Positions 8,992 to 19,102 of a stretch of 64,000 nt of DNA are shown here, one piece after another. How positions within the stretch are numbered: position 1 is the stretch's first letter; the number at the start of each line of letters is the position of its first letter. Below the pieces are notes generated by a model that ran no database searches, was not told where the DNA came from, and was given only the letters and a program-made list of their open reading frames with translations. The stretch spans positions 50-64,049 of the forward strand of contig CAYQJX010000014.1 in assembly GCA_964417965.1 (NCBI GenBank), given 5' to 3'. Both the position numbers and the translations under genes were made by a program. The stretch comes from an uncultured Elusimicrobiaceae bacterium (GTDB lineage: Bacteria > Elusimicrobiota > Elusimicrobia > Elusimicrobiales > UBA9959).

Positions 8992-10850
8992 CGGAGTTCC
9001 TTCTCCAGCAGCTCTATGAGCAGGGAATATTTTTTAGCCAGGTCGCGCGCGCCTTCGGCCTCGGCGGCGGCCGGCGAGAAATGGCGCAGCTCCAGGGCGG
9101 ACCAGAGGTCTTTGATCTCCTCCAGCGCGCCGGCGCTGGCGCGCGGGAAGCGGGCCTTTATCAGGTCCGTCGCTTTCCGGATGGTGAGCGCGCTCACCTT
9201 GACGCCGCACTTGTCGGACAGGTAGGCCATGTAGGAGTCGTAAAGGGTGGAGACGGCCTCGTTATGCTTGCCGGCCTTGATCAGGACTTCCGTCTCGTCT
9301 ATGTCCCGGGCGGCCTCGCTGCGGGCCCGGCGGAACCTGAACAGCAGCGGGTTGGCGAGCTTGAAGCGGTTCATCCTGGCCAGCAGGAACGACACGGCCA
9401 GCAGCGCCGCGGGCACGGCGTGCGACCAGTAAGGCAGCGAGTTGACCTGGCCCGCCACGAAGGGCAGGGCGTCCCCGCCCTTGCGCTCGCTGACGTAGCG
9501 GATATCCGAGTCCGACTGGGTGACGGCGGAGCCTCCGGCGTTGGCCGGGGTGAAATTGAGGCTCTTGCCGGCCGGCGCGCCCTTTTCCACTGTCAGCGTA
9601 ACCGCGTCGGTGGCCAGTTCTTTATAGGAGCCGGAGCGCGGGTCGAAGAAAGCGAATTTCACCGGCGGCACGGTCTTGCGGCCCTCGGCGCGCGGCACCA
9701 GGATATAAGTGAAGGTCTTCTTGCCGCTGATCACGTCCCCGTCCTTGCGGATGTCGAGGGAGCTCATGGTGTCGAAGACTTTAAAGTCGGCCAGGTCGGG
9801 CAGCTTGGGGGCGGTGACGGCTTTCAGGTTGCCGCTGCCGGTGATGGTGACGGAAAAATTGACGGCCTCCCCGGTGCGCGCCTCGGACCGGTCGGCCGAG
9901 GCCAGCACCGAGTAGCTGCCTACCGCCCCGCCGAAAGAGGCCGGGGCCCCGGCGGGCAGCGGCTTGATGTCGATGCTGAGGGGCTCGGTGGAAAAATCCC
10001 TGCTCTGGCCCTGCGCCCCGCTCATGGACATGAACTTCTGGAAGAAGTTGGGGTCGAACGGGTCTATCTGGTCGTCGGCCGGCACCTGGGCGATGACGGT
10101 GGCGGACTTGATCTCGGCCGGGCCCGGGGTCAGCGCGAACATGGCCGCCTTGATCTCGCTGTAGGCGTAGCGCACGCCGTTGATGTCGGTCTCGCCGTTG
10201 CGCACCGGCGGCAGGTCCTCGGAGATGAGGTTCTTGAAGGCCGGCGGCACGTACTGCGGGTTGGAGGAGAGCGGCACCGAGGTGTAGAACTTTATGCTGA
10301 CGTTTATCTGCTCGCCGGGGTAGGCCGACTTCCGGTCGGTCTCGGCCTTAATGAAGATGGGCACGCGGTCGGCGCCGCCGGCGGCCTGCCTGCGGGCGGC
10401 CGGGCGCGCGGCCTGCGCCGGGCGCGACGCGGGCTGCGCCGGAGCGGCCTGCGCGGCTTTCGCCTTGGTGACGGTCACCTGGATCTCGGACGTTACGGCC
10501 TTCTCCTTGCCGTTGAAGACGGAGATGGCGGGGATGGTCTGGGCGCCGATAAAGCGCGGGGTCAGGATAAAGGTGAAAGAGACCGAGGTGGTGATCTTGC
10601 CGTTGATGATGGAGATGCTCTGGCTGCGCCCGGAGGAATAGACGTTGAAATTCTGCATGTTCGGCAGCTTCGGTTCGGGGACGTTGGCCGAATCGCCGGA
10701 GACGGTCACGGAGAGGTAAAGGTTGCCGTCTATCTCCACCGTGTTGCGGTCGGTTTCCGCCGTTACGGCCAGGTACGCGGCCGCCGGGGCGGCCAGCAGC
10801 AGCGCCAGCGCCAGGGCGGCTAAAAATTTTGACGGGCGGGAGACTGTCAC
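8988..10850 (-). CDS. batD: BatD-like oxygen-tolerance protein
   Basis: 620 aa with a signal peptide, repeated Ig-like segments, a late TM helix and a helical tail. Position between batB/C and batE fits the known operon order. Confidence 0.65.
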   Translation of the reverse strand: MTVSRPSKFLAALALALLLAAPAAAYLAVTAETDRNTVEIDGNLYLSVTVSGDSANVPEPKLPNMQNFNVYSSGRSQSISIINGKITTSVSFTFILTPRFIGAQTIPAISVFNGKEKAVTSEIQVTVTKAKAAQAAPAQPASRPAQAARPAARRQAAGGADRVPIFIKAETDRKSAYPGEQINVSIKFYTSVPLSSNPQYVPPAFKNLISEDLPPVRNGETDINGVRYAYSEIKAAMFALTPGPAEIKSATVIAQVPADDQIDPFDPNFFQKFMSMSGAQGQSRDFSTEPLSIDIKPLPAGAPASFGGAVGSYSVLASADRSEARTGEAVNFSVTITGSGNLKAVTAPKLPDLADFKVFDTMSSLDIRKDGDVISGKKTFTYILVPRAEGRKTVPPVKFAFFDPRSGSYKELATDAVTLTVEKGAPAGKSLNFTPANAGGSAVTQSDSDIRYVSERKGGDALPFVAGQVNSLPYWSHAVPAALLAVSFLLARMNRFKLANPLLFRFRRARSEAARDIDETEVLIKAGKHNEAVSTLYDSYMAYLSDKCGVKVSALTIRKATDLIKARFPRASAGALEEIKDLWSALELRHFSPAAAEAEGARDLAKKYSLLIELLEKELR

Positions 10851-12598
10851 CAGTCCTCCAGCCGGTTCTCGGTCTGCGGCTTGCCGGGGGCGCGCTGCGC
10901 GGCGTCCTTCTGCTGCGCCGCGGCCTTTTCGCGTTCTTTCATCATTTCCAGTATCTGGCGGCTCTTCTCTTTGGCTTCGTTCTTCTTTCTTTCCTCTTCC
11001 TTCTGCTTGTCCTGCTCTTTCTTCTGGTCCTGCTGCTGCTTGTCCTTGCCTTCGCCGCCGCCTTTATCGTCCTTCTTGGGGTCCTTCTTATCCTGGCCCT
11101 TGTCGTCCTTCTTGTCCTTGTCGTCCTTGCCGCCGCCGCTGCAGGAATTCTTTTTCTTCTGCTCCAGCGCCTTCTGCAGGTTGAACTTGGCGTTCTTGTC
11201 GTCCGGGGCCAGGGCCAGGGACTTGCGGTAGCTGGCTATCGCCCCGGGCAGGTCGCCGGCCTTGAAGGCGGCGTTGCCGCGGTTATAATGCGCTCGCGCC
11301 GCCACTTTGGGCGAGGCCGCGGCCTGCTCGAAGGCTTCGCCGGCCTTGGCGTAATCTTCCAGGCGGTAGTAGGCGTCGCCCTGGTTGAAGGTCAGCCGCT
11401 TGTCGGCGGGGTCCTTCTGCGCCGCGCGGGAGTAATACTCGGAGGCCGAGGGCCAGTCGCCCTTCTTGTAGGCGGAGTTGCCCTTGCGCGCGTCGGAGGA
11501 GGCCCCCCCCGCCGCGGCCGCGGCTCCGGCGGAAAGCAGCAGCGCTCCCGCCAGGGCCCCAACGGCCTTGCCGGCTTTCCGGGAGAACCGTAATTCCAGC
11601 CTGAAGCCCTTCTCCATAAGCAGTAATTCTATCAAAAGGAGGAGCAGGGCCACAGCCAGCGGCCACTGGTAGCGGTTCTTGAAGCTGGAGCGGCCCTTGC
11701 CTTTGCTCCCCTCCAGCTCCAGCGCGCCTACGGCCCCGCGCACCTCCTCGGCGGCCGCGTCGGGCCCCGAGTAGCGCAGGAAGGCCGCCCCGGTCTTGCT
11801 GGCTATCTTGATGAGTGTATTCTCGTCGAGGCGGGTCACCACGGTCTTGCCGGCCCGGTCCTTCTTGTACTCCATGGTGTTGCCGGCGGAATCCGTCATG
11901 GGCACCAGCTCGCCGTCGGGGCTGCCGATGCCGATGGTGAAGATCTTGAGCTTCTGCTCGGCGGCGGTCTTCAGCGCGGTGTCCAGGCCGGCGGAATGGT
12001 CCTCGCCGTCGGTGACCAGCACCATCACCTTCTGCCCGCCGTAGCGCGACAGCATGTTGAGCACGGTGTCTATGGCTATGGAAAAGTCCGTGCCCTGGGA
12101 CGGCAGCATGCCCGGCGTCATGGACGAGGAGAAATAGGTGATGGCCTCCAGGTCGGTGGTGAGCGGGCACTGCACGTAGGCGTCGCCGGCGAAAGCCACC
12201 ACGCCTATGCGGTAGTCGGCGAACTTTTCGGCGATAGCGCCCAGCAGCAGGCGGGCGTTGGCCAGGCGGTTGGGCTTGAAGTCCCGGGCGCCCATGGACA
12301 GCGAGACGTCCACGGCGATGACGATGTTGCCCTTGAGGTCGGTGACGGGAGAAAGCTCCGCGCCCCATTGCGGGCCCGCGGCCGCCAGGGCGGCCAGCCC
12401 GACGGCGGTTATGAAGAGGAGGCCGCGCAGGCGGCGCCTGGCCGCGGGCGTGCCCGAAGCGAGGCGGTCGAAGGACTCGCCGAAAATAAGGCGCGCGGCG
12501 GCCTGGCGCGACTCCTCCGCCTTATAGCGGAACAGCAGCAGCAGCGCGAAGCCGGCGGCCAGCCAGACGAGCGCGAGAGGGTAGCGGAACAGTTCCAT
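10847..12598 (-). CDS. batB: BatB-BatC fusion: membrane vWA-domain protein fused to TPR repeats and a K/D/E/Q-rich tail
   Basis: A vWA MIDAS motif (VDVSLSMG...VTDGEDHS), then a TM helix, then TPR repeats (YKKGDW...YNRGNAAFKAGD), then a ~100-aa charged low-complexity tail. Confidence 0.75.
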   Translation of the reverse strand: MELFRYPLALVWLAAGFALLLLFRYKAEESRQAAARLIFGESFDRLASGTPAARRRLRGLLFITAVGLAALAAAGPQWGAELSPVTDLKGNIVIAVDVSLSMGARDFKPNRLANARLLLGAIAEKFADYRIGVVAFAGDAYVQCPLTTDLEAITYFSSSMTPGMLPSQGTDFSIAIDTVLNMLSRYGGQKVMVLVTDGEDHSAGLDTALKTAAEQKLKIFTIGIGSPDGELVPMTDSAGNTMEYKKDRAGKTVVTRLDENTLIKIASKTGAAFLRYSGPDAAAEEVRGAVGALELEGSKGKGRSSFKNRYQWPLAVALLLLLIELLLMEKGFRLELRFSRKAGKAVGALAGALLLSAGAAAAAGGASSDARKGNSAYKKGDWPSASEYYSRAAQKDPADKRLTFNQGDAYYRLEDYAKAGEAFEQAAASPKVAARAHYNRGNAAFKAGDLPGAIASYRKSLALAPDDKNAKFNLQKALEQKKKNSCSGGGKDDKDKKDDKGQDKKDPKKDDKGGGEGKDKQQQDQKKEQDKQKEEERKKNEAKEKSRQILEMMKEREKAAAQQKDAAQRAPGKPQTENRLEDW

Positions 12599-13584
12599 CA
12601 GGGCACCGTCCTGAAATAGGTCCGCTCCAGCAGGAACAGCAGCGCCAGCAGCAGCAGCGCCGGGACCAGGAAATATTCGTACTTGTCCGAGTAGTCCGTG
12701 TAGCTCTTGGCCTCGAACCTGGTGGTCTCCAGGGCGTTTATCCGGTCGTAGATCTTCTCCAGCTCCTGGTAGTTCTTCGCCCGGTAGAACTCGCCGCCGG
12801 TCAGGGCGGCTATCTCGCGCAGGGTCGGCTCGTCGAGATCCTCTTCTATGTAGACCACCGGCTGGGCCGGGTCGCCGGTAGGCACCTGCGCCTGGCCTTT
12901 GCCCGCCGTGCCGATGGTGTAGACCTTTATGTCGTAGGCGGCGGCGGTCCGGGCCGCCAGGGCCATGTCGGTCACCAGGCCCACGTTGGAGCGGCCGTCG
13001 GTGAGCAGGATGATCACCTTGCTCTTGGCCTTGCTGTCCTTCAAGTGGTTGACCGAGGTGACTATGGCGTCGCCCACGGCCGTGCCGTCGGCGCGCGTCA
13101 TGCCCATGGAGATGGTGTCTATCAGGTCGAAGACCGACTGGTAGTCTAGGGTGAGCGGGCAGGTGAGCATGGCGAGGCCGCCGAAGACGGTGACGCCGAT
13201 GCGGTCGTTCTGGCGCTGCTTGACGAAATCCGTCGCGGCCGACTTGGCGGCGTCCAGGCGGTTATAGGGGGCGAAATCCAGGGCGGCCATGCTCAGCGAG
13301 GTGTCGATGGTCAGCATGATGTCTATGCCTTCCGCCGGCGGCACCTCGCCGCGGCTGGCCTTCTGCGGCCGGGCCAGCGCCAGGATGATCAGGCAGATGG
13401 CCAGCACCCTGCCCCAGAAAGGCAGGTACCGGAAGAGCCTGGAGCGCAGGCTGTCCCTGGGCGGCATGGGGGCGGTGACGCCGGCCGAATGCAGGCGGCG
13501 GTGGCGCTGGTTCCAGGCCAGGCCCGCCAGCACGCCTGCGAGCGGCATCAGCAGCAGGATCCAGGGGTGCTTGAAAAGGTTCAC
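12598..13584 (-). CDS. batA: BatA-like membrane vWA-domain protein
   Basis: 328 aa. Two N-terminal TM helices, vWA motifs (IDTSLSMAA...LTDGRSN) and a C-terminal TM helix. Confidence 0.8.
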   Translation of the reverse strand: MNLFKHPWILLLMPLAGVLAGLAWNQRHRRLHSAGVTAPMPPRDSLRSRLFRYLPFWGRVLAICLIILALARPQKASRGEVPPAEGIDIMLTIDTSLSMAALDFAPYNRLDAAKSAATDFVKQRQNDRIGVTVFGGLAMLTCPLTLDYQSVFDLIDTISMGMTRADGTAVGDAIVTSVNHLKDSKAKSKVIILLTDGRSNVGLVTDMALAARTAAAYDIKVYTIGTAGKGQAQVPTGDPAQPVVYIEEDLDEPTLREIAALTGGEFYRAKNYQELEKIYDRINALETTRFEAKSYTDYSDKYEYFLVPALLLLALLFLLERTYFRTVP

Positions 13585-14531
13585 GGCTTGTACCCCGATT
13601 GGGACTGGGCCGTGGTCACTACCTTATCCACCACGGTCCGGGCGTTCTCGGCGGCGCGCGCGAAGTCCCCGAGCAGCTCCAGCAGGCCGGCCGCGTCGGC
13701 CGCGGCGTCGCCGGGCTGCAGCTTCGCGAACTTCACCAGGTCCGCCTTGTGCAGGAATTCCCGGGCCCGCAGCGTGGTCTTTACGTCCGTCCCGGTCCGC
13801 TTGAGCTCCCGGGTCAGGTCGGCGGTGGTCATGAGCTCGGCGTCTATGGCGAACTCTTCGCGGAGATAGAGGCGCAGCACATAGGTGAAGCCGGTGTAGA
13901 GCTCCCGCATTTTCCCGGCGGCGGCCAGCGGGCAGGCGGCGAGCCTTTCCAGGCGTTCCCTGGCGCGCTGGTAAGGCGTGCGTGGGTCTTTCCAGGCGGC
14001 GTAAGCCGCGGCGGCGGCGCCGGCGGGCCGGAAGCGGCGGTAGAGGAAGACGCCCAGCAGAATGGCCAGCGCGGCGGCCAGGAGCCAGAGCCACGGGATA
14101 TAGCGGAAGGGCGGGTAGATATCCTTTATGTCGCCTTCCGTCTTTTCGAAGATCGGTTTTATATCCACCAGGAACGGCGGACTTTTAGCCTGCAGGGAAG
14201 GCTTGTCCGGAGCGTAAAGTTCCCAGGTCACCGCCGGGAAGGTGCTCTGCCCGAGCGCGAAGGCCTTGGCCGCTATCTCGAAAGTGTCTATCTTCGCCCC
14301 CCCCGCCGCGGCGGAGTTGAGCCGGGAGAAGGAGAGCACCTCGAACTCTTCCCCGCCGGCCGCGGCGGTGTCGGGCCGGATGGAATAATGGGCGGGGTAG
14401 GTGGCCTGCAGGTGCAGCTTGAAAGGCTCGGCCAGCACGACCGCGCCTTTAGGCAGCGTCAGCTTGAAAGAGACCTCCTCCGCGGCGGCGGGGAGCGTCA
14501 GGAGCAGGAGGGCGAGGGCGGCGGTCTTCAT
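13581..14531 (-). CDS. DUF4381-type Bat-operon membrane protein with extra N-terminal secreted Ig-like domain
   Basis: Signal peptide plus a ~150-aa beta-rich domain, one TM helix (WLWLLAAALAILLGVFLY), then a helical tail ending KADLVKFAK as in DUF4381. 4-nt overlaps on both sides. Confidence 0.5.
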   Translation of the reverse strand: MKTAALALLLLTLPAAAEEVSFKLTLPKGAVVLAEPFKLHLQATYPAHYSIRPDTAAAGGEEFEVLSFSRLNSAAAGGAKIDTFEIAAKAFALGQSTFPAVTWELYAPDKPSLQAKSPPFLVDIKPIFEKTEGDIKDIYPPFRYIPWLWLLAAALAILLGVFLYRRFRPAGAAAAAYAAWKDPRTPYQRARERLERLAACPLAAAGKMRELYTGFTYVLRLYLREEFAIDAELMTTADLTRELKRTGTDVKTTLRAREFLHKADLVKFAKLQPGDAAADAAGLLELLGDFARAAENARTVVDKVVTTAQSQSGYKP

Positions 14532-15430
14532 AGCAGCTTGAACCTGCGGCGCTGGCGGAAGAATTTCTCGACCGGCCCGTGCACCGGCAGGGCGGGGTCC
14601 ACGTCTATCCAGTCGGCCCCGGCGGAGCGCAGCACCGCTTCCATCGACGCTCTACGGGCGGAGGCCGCGGCTTCGTACGCGGCGCGGAAGGCCGGGCTGC
14701 CCAGGTCGGCGGTGAAGGCCGGCCCCCCCTCCAGCTGGTCCGTGACCAGCAGGGCCCTGGCCTGCGGCAGCGACCGCTCGAAGCGGTCGGTGATCACTAC
14801 GGGGATCAGGTCGTGGCGGCGGGCGGTGAGGCGCACCTCTTTGGTGTAATCCGGCGAGATGAAATCAGAGATGAGGATGACGATGCCGCTGTGCTTCATG
14901 ACGCTGTTGGCCATACGCAGCGCCATGGCCACGTCGGTGCCGCGGCTTTTGGGCTGGTAGGCCAGCAGTTCGCGGATGATGCGCAGGCTGTGGTTACGCC
15001 CCTTGCGCGGCGGGATGTAAAGTTCGGGCTTGTCGGAGAACAGCAGCAGGCCGCTCTTGTCCGAGTTCTTGAGCGCCGAGAAGGCGAACATGGCGGCCAG
15101 CTCGGCGGCGGCCTCGCTCTTGGGCTTGGCGCCGGAGCCGAAGGCCTGCGAGGCCGAGATGTCGCACATGATCATCAGCGTCAGCTCGCGCTCCTCGATG
15201 AAGCGCTTCACGAAAGGCTTGCCCGCGCGGGCGGTGACATTCCAGTCTATCGAGCGGATGTCGTCGCCGGGCACGTACTCGCGCACTTCCGAAAACTCTA
15301 TGCCGCGCCCCTTGAACACGCTCTGGTACTGGCCGGCGAAAGTTTCGCTGACCAGGCGGCCGGTCTTGATCTCTATCTGCCGGACCTTTTTAAGCAATTC
15401 AGCTGTGTTCATCTTTTTTTTGCCCGTCAT
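14528..15430 (-). CDS. DUF58 family protein (vWA-like, MoxR partner)
   Basis: The REYVPGDDIRSIDW motif and position directly after moxR. The start could instead be the ATG at 15412. Confidence 0.8.
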   Translation of the reverse strand: MTGKKKMNTAELLKKVRQIEIKTGRLVSETFAGQYQSVFKGRGIEFSEVREYVPGDDIRSIDWNVTARAGKPFVKRFIEERELTLMIMCDISASQAFGSGAKPKSEAAAELAAMFAFSALKNSDKSGLLLFSDKPELYIPPRKGRNHSLRIIRELLAYQPKSRGTDVAMALRMANSVMKHSGIVILISDFISPDYTKEVRLTARRHDLIPVVITDRFERSLPQARALLVTDQLEGGPAFTADLGSPAFRAAYEAAASARRASMEAVLRSAGADWIDVDPALPVHGPVEKFFRQRRRFKLL

Positions 15431-15489
15431 GCCGGCGCTAAGCCGGCATCCAGCGCACTGAACTGGATCCCGGCTTTCGCCGGGATGAC
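15426..15489. repeat. Inverted pair of REP-like hairpin units
   Basis: gtcatgccggcgctaagccggcatcca (15426-15452) faces tggatcccggctttcgccgggatgac (15464-15489). The second unit recurs exactly at 62237-62262. Confidence 0.8.
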
Positions 15490-15497
15490 AGAGTGTT

Positions 15498-16487
<990 letters not shown>

Positions 16488-16505
16488 GTGTAGCTCCTTG
16501 GTATC

Positions 16506-16565
16506 GGGGTCAGGTCTTGAATCTTGACATTTTTTCTAAAATGTCAAGATTCAAGACCTGACCCC
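16506..16565. repeat. Perfect 28-bp inverted repeat with a 4-nt loop
   Basis: ggggtcaggtcttgaatcttgacatttt (16506-16533), loop ttct, then the exact reverse complement (16538-16565). Lies between the HEAT gene stop and the moxR start. Confidence 0.9.
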
Positions 16566-16570
16566 AGGGA

Positions 16571-17194
16571 TTACTCGATGCGGAAGAGAGGCTTGTTCTC
16601 CATCTCGCGCAGCTGCTGCTCTTTGTGGGCTTCTATGTCCTGGCGGATGCGGTTGACGGCTTCGAGGGCCTTCAGGCGCACTTCTTCGTCGTAGTCCTCC
16701 ATTGCGCGGTTGAGGGAGGGGATGGCGTCCTTGTTGGAGAAAGTGCCGATGGCCTCTACCGCCTTCAGGCGGGTCTCCCTGTCGTAGTCCTTCAGGGCCT
16801 CGCTGAGGAGGGCCAGGCTGAGCTTGCTCTTGTCCTTGGCCAGCATCTGGATGAGCTGCTGCTTCACGGAGATCTCGGTCTCGTTCTCGAAGAGGTTCTT
16901 GATCACTCCGGGGGCGCTCTCGTCCTGCAGCTGCCAGAGCAGCTCGGCGGAGGCGAAGCGCACCTTCTCGTTGGAGTCCTGCGTCAGCGAGCGCAGGGTC
17001 TTGAGGGTGGCCATGGAGAACTTTATGACGTAGGTCTTTTCCGGCTTCACCGGCAGGCCGGGGTCGGGCAGGGCGATGATCTGGTCCTTCTTGGCCAGCT
17101 GGGCGACCTCTTTCTGTTTCACCTCGGTCCTGTGCTGGTTGACGAGGTAGTAGATGCCGGCGATGAAAATAAGCAGCAGCAGGAACCATTTCAT
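16571..17194 (-). CDS. Membrane-anchored HEAT-repeat protein
   Basis: N-terminal TM helix followed by repeated D..VR..A...L HEAT-like units (EKVRFASAELL, RETRLKAVEAI, EEVRLKALEAV). Confidence 0.55.
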   Translation of the reverse strand: MKWFLLLLIFIAGIYYLVNQHRTEVKQKEVAQLAKKDQIIALPDPGLPVKPEKTYVIKFSMATLKTLRSLTQDSNEKVRFASAELLWQLQDESAPGVIKNLFENETEISVKQQLIQMLAKDKSKLSLALLSEALKDYDRETRLKAVEAIGTFSNKDAIPSLNRAMEDYDEEVRLKALEAVNRIRQDIEAHKEQQLREMENKPLFRIE

Positions 17195-18021
17195 AGTTTT
17201 ATCCTCTTGAAAGAAACCTCAAGCCTGCCGGCCTTTACGGAGGCGGAGGCTATTTCGGGGTCGTTCATCTTGCGCCAGCCCGGGCCGCCGTCGGCCGGTT
17301 CGCTGGAAAAAACGAGGCGGGACTTCTCCCTGCGCCAGGCGATGCGCCCGTATTCCCAGCCCGGGGTGAGCAGGGCGCCCTTGCCCCCTTCCTTCCTGGA
17401 CTGGTAATGGCAGAGCACGGTGAGCGCGCCGGGCGAGGCCAGGAACATGTTGAGGCCGCGGTAGGGCGCGGGGCGGCCGGGGTACTTGCCGCGGCAGGAG
17501 AGCCAGACGGTGCGGATCTCGTCGAGCGCCATCTCCAGGGCCGTCTCCGGGGAGCCGTAGGCGTCGAGCATCTTCATGACCTGCCAGAACAGGACTTCGG
17601 AATCGTTGTCGCCCCTGACCTTGGCGGCGTACTTGCCGAGCAGGCTGCGGATCTCGTCCTTTATGAAAAGCGTGCCGTTGTGGGCGAACAGGCAGCCGCC
17701 CGCCGCGAAGGGCTGGGTGTTGGCGCGGCCCAGCAGGCTCGCCCTGGGCAGGCCCGCCGGGTTGGACGCGTCGCGCAGGTGGCCTATCACCAACCCCGAG
17801 CGCGCCCCCGCCGCGGCCGAAAATTTTTTCTTTTCCAGGCGGGCGGGCCGCGGGCTCTTTCTCACAACGGGCTCGCCGTTAAAAAAGCCTATCCCCCAGC
17901 CGTCGTCCTGGAAACGGCCGGCCGCCGCGTCCGCCTGGGCGAGCAGGCTTTTGGGGCCGCCGCACAGCAGATCGGAGCCGTTTTGCGGCCGGGTTGAAAG
18001 TATGGTTGTCATCCTGCACAT
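17191..18021 (-). CDS. Class II (Ntn) glutamine amidotransferase, YafJ-like
   Basis: Start chosen at MCR (ATG at 18021) so that Cys2 is the Ntn nucleophile. GHLRDAS, NTQPF and HNG motifs. The rest of ORF 17191..18981 is junk. Confidence 0.65.
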   Translation of the reverse strand: MCRMTTILSTRPQNGSDLLCGGPKSLLAQADAAAGRFQDDGWGIGFFNGEPVVRKSPRPARLEKKKFSAAAGARSGLVIGHLRDASNPAGLPRASLLGRANTQPFAAGGCLFAHNGTLFIKDEIRSLLGKYAAKVRGDNDSEVLFWQVMKMLDAYGSPETALEMALDEIRTVWLSCRGKYPGRPAPYRGLNMFLASPGALTVLCHYQSRKEGGKGALLTPGWEYGRIAWRREKSRLVFSSEPADGGPGWRKMNDPEIASASVKAGRLEVSFKRIKL

Positions 18022-18054
18022 ATAAGGCATATTTAAACAATTTTTGGCCGGGTA

Positions 18055-18084
18055 TTCAAATACTTCGCAAAGTTTATATATAAT
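18055..18084 (+). promoter_or_regulatory. Sigma70-type promoter TTCAAA-N18-TATAAT
   Basis: The hexamers sit at 18055-18060 and 18079-18084, 48 nt upstream of the ATG at 18133, which has a GAGGGG Shine-Dalgarno. Confidence 0.45.
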
Positions 18085-18132
18085 GGTTTTACAAGGTTTC
18101 CCCGCGAGTCCGAAAGTAGAGGGGCCGATATT

Positions 18133-19041
18133 ATGGAAAACAACGATTTCGAATTCAAGCCGCTGCCGCAGATCCCGGGCCTGACCGCCCCGCCCGATGC
18201 CGACGCTGCCGACGGGCCGCGCCCGGAAGGCCCCGTGCCGGCGGGCTTCAACGAACGCTTCGTGGCCTACGTGATAGACGCGCTGCCTTTTGTGCTGATG
18301 ATCTACTGGACGCTGAAGCCCGCGGTAAAAGCCGGCCTCGTGGACCCCGCCTCGGGCGGGGAGCTGAAGTGGAAGCTGCTGTGGATAGCCGCGTACGTGA
18401 TTTACGAGACCATCTTCTCCAGCGGCGGGCGGGCCACGCTGGGCAAGTGGCTGATGAACATCCGCGTCCGCGCCGCCGACGGCGGGGACCTGTCCGTGGG
18501 CAAGGCCTTCGTCCGGTCCGTAGCCTATTTCCTCAGCTCCGGCACCCTGAACCTGGGGTATATCCTGGCCCTTTTCACCAACAACAACCGCGCGCTGCAC
18601 GACCTGGTGGCCGGCAGCCGGGTGGTCAGCATAAAGGAGCGGGGCGATGTGGCCTCCGGCCTGGTGCTGGCGGTGTCCTGGGGCCTGATGGCTATTTTCC
18701 TGGGCTCCTGGCTCAATAAGACGGTGCTCCGTATCACCCCTTCCGAAAAAAAGCAGATAGTGATGGCCCACCGCACCATCTCGAAGCTGGCCAAGCTTGA
18801 AGAGATCTACATGCAGCAGGAGGGCCGCTACACCAACGACCTGAGGAAGCTGGCCGACCTGACCGGCAACGTCAACGCCGTGCGCGCCGAGCTTTACAAG
18901 ACGCTGGAGCCTAACACGCTGGCCATCGCCTCCAACGGCCGCAGGTTCCAGATAACGGCCAAGGCGCGCAACTGGCGGCATACCGAGGTGCAGGTGGCCT
19001 CCAAGACGGACGCGCCGCCCCCCCGCGAGCTGATGCCCTGA
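18133..19041 (+). CDS. RDD-family membrane protein with C-terminal pilin-like domain
   Basis: RDD-domain features (FNERFVAYVIDALP...GKWLMNIRV...ALHDLVAGSRV). After the last TM helix comes a segment resembling the type IV pilin helix/globular domain. Confidence 0.65.
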   Translation: MENNDFEFKPLPQIPGLTAPPDADAADGPRPEGPVPAGFNERFVAYVIDALPFVLMIYWTLKPAVKAGLVDPASGGELKWKLLWIAAYVIYETIFSSGGRATLGKWLMNIRVRAADGGDLSVGKAFVRSVAYFLSSGTLNLGYILALFTNNNRALHDLVAGSRVVSIKERGDVASGLVLAVSWGLMAIFLGSWLNKTVLRITPSEKKQIVMAHRTISKLAKLEEIYMQQEGRYTNDLRKLADLTGNVNAVRAELYKTLEPNTLAIASNGRRFQITAKARNWRHTEVQVASKTDAPPPRELMP

Positions 19042-19052
19042 CGCTGCCCGCC

Positions 19053-19090
19053 AAAGAAAAAGCCCCGCCTGCCGCGGGGCTTTTCTTTTT
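19053..19090. terminator. Bidirectional rho-independent terminator
   Basis: agccccgc (19061-19068) pairs with gcggggct (19074-19081). An A-run lies on the left and a T-run on the right. Sits between convergent genes. Confidence 0.7.
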
Positions 19091-19102
19091 ACGCCGGGCC
19101 GG

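Noticed and set aside
9081-10823. 580-aa plus-strand ORF antisense to batD (similar cases: 11996..12619, 13599..14849, 15588..16493, 40640..42394, 62207..63709)
   Set aside because: Typical GC-rich shadow ORFs with Gly/Arg/Ala/His/Val-dominated composition and no motifs. Each is fully nested opposite a gene with clear family signatures.
10880-11160. Low-complexity K/D/E/Q-coding DNA that looks like a nucleotide repeat or a separate small gene
   Set aside because: It is in frame with and continuous with the BatB/C ORF. It is best explained as a charged C-terminal tail, not an independent feature.
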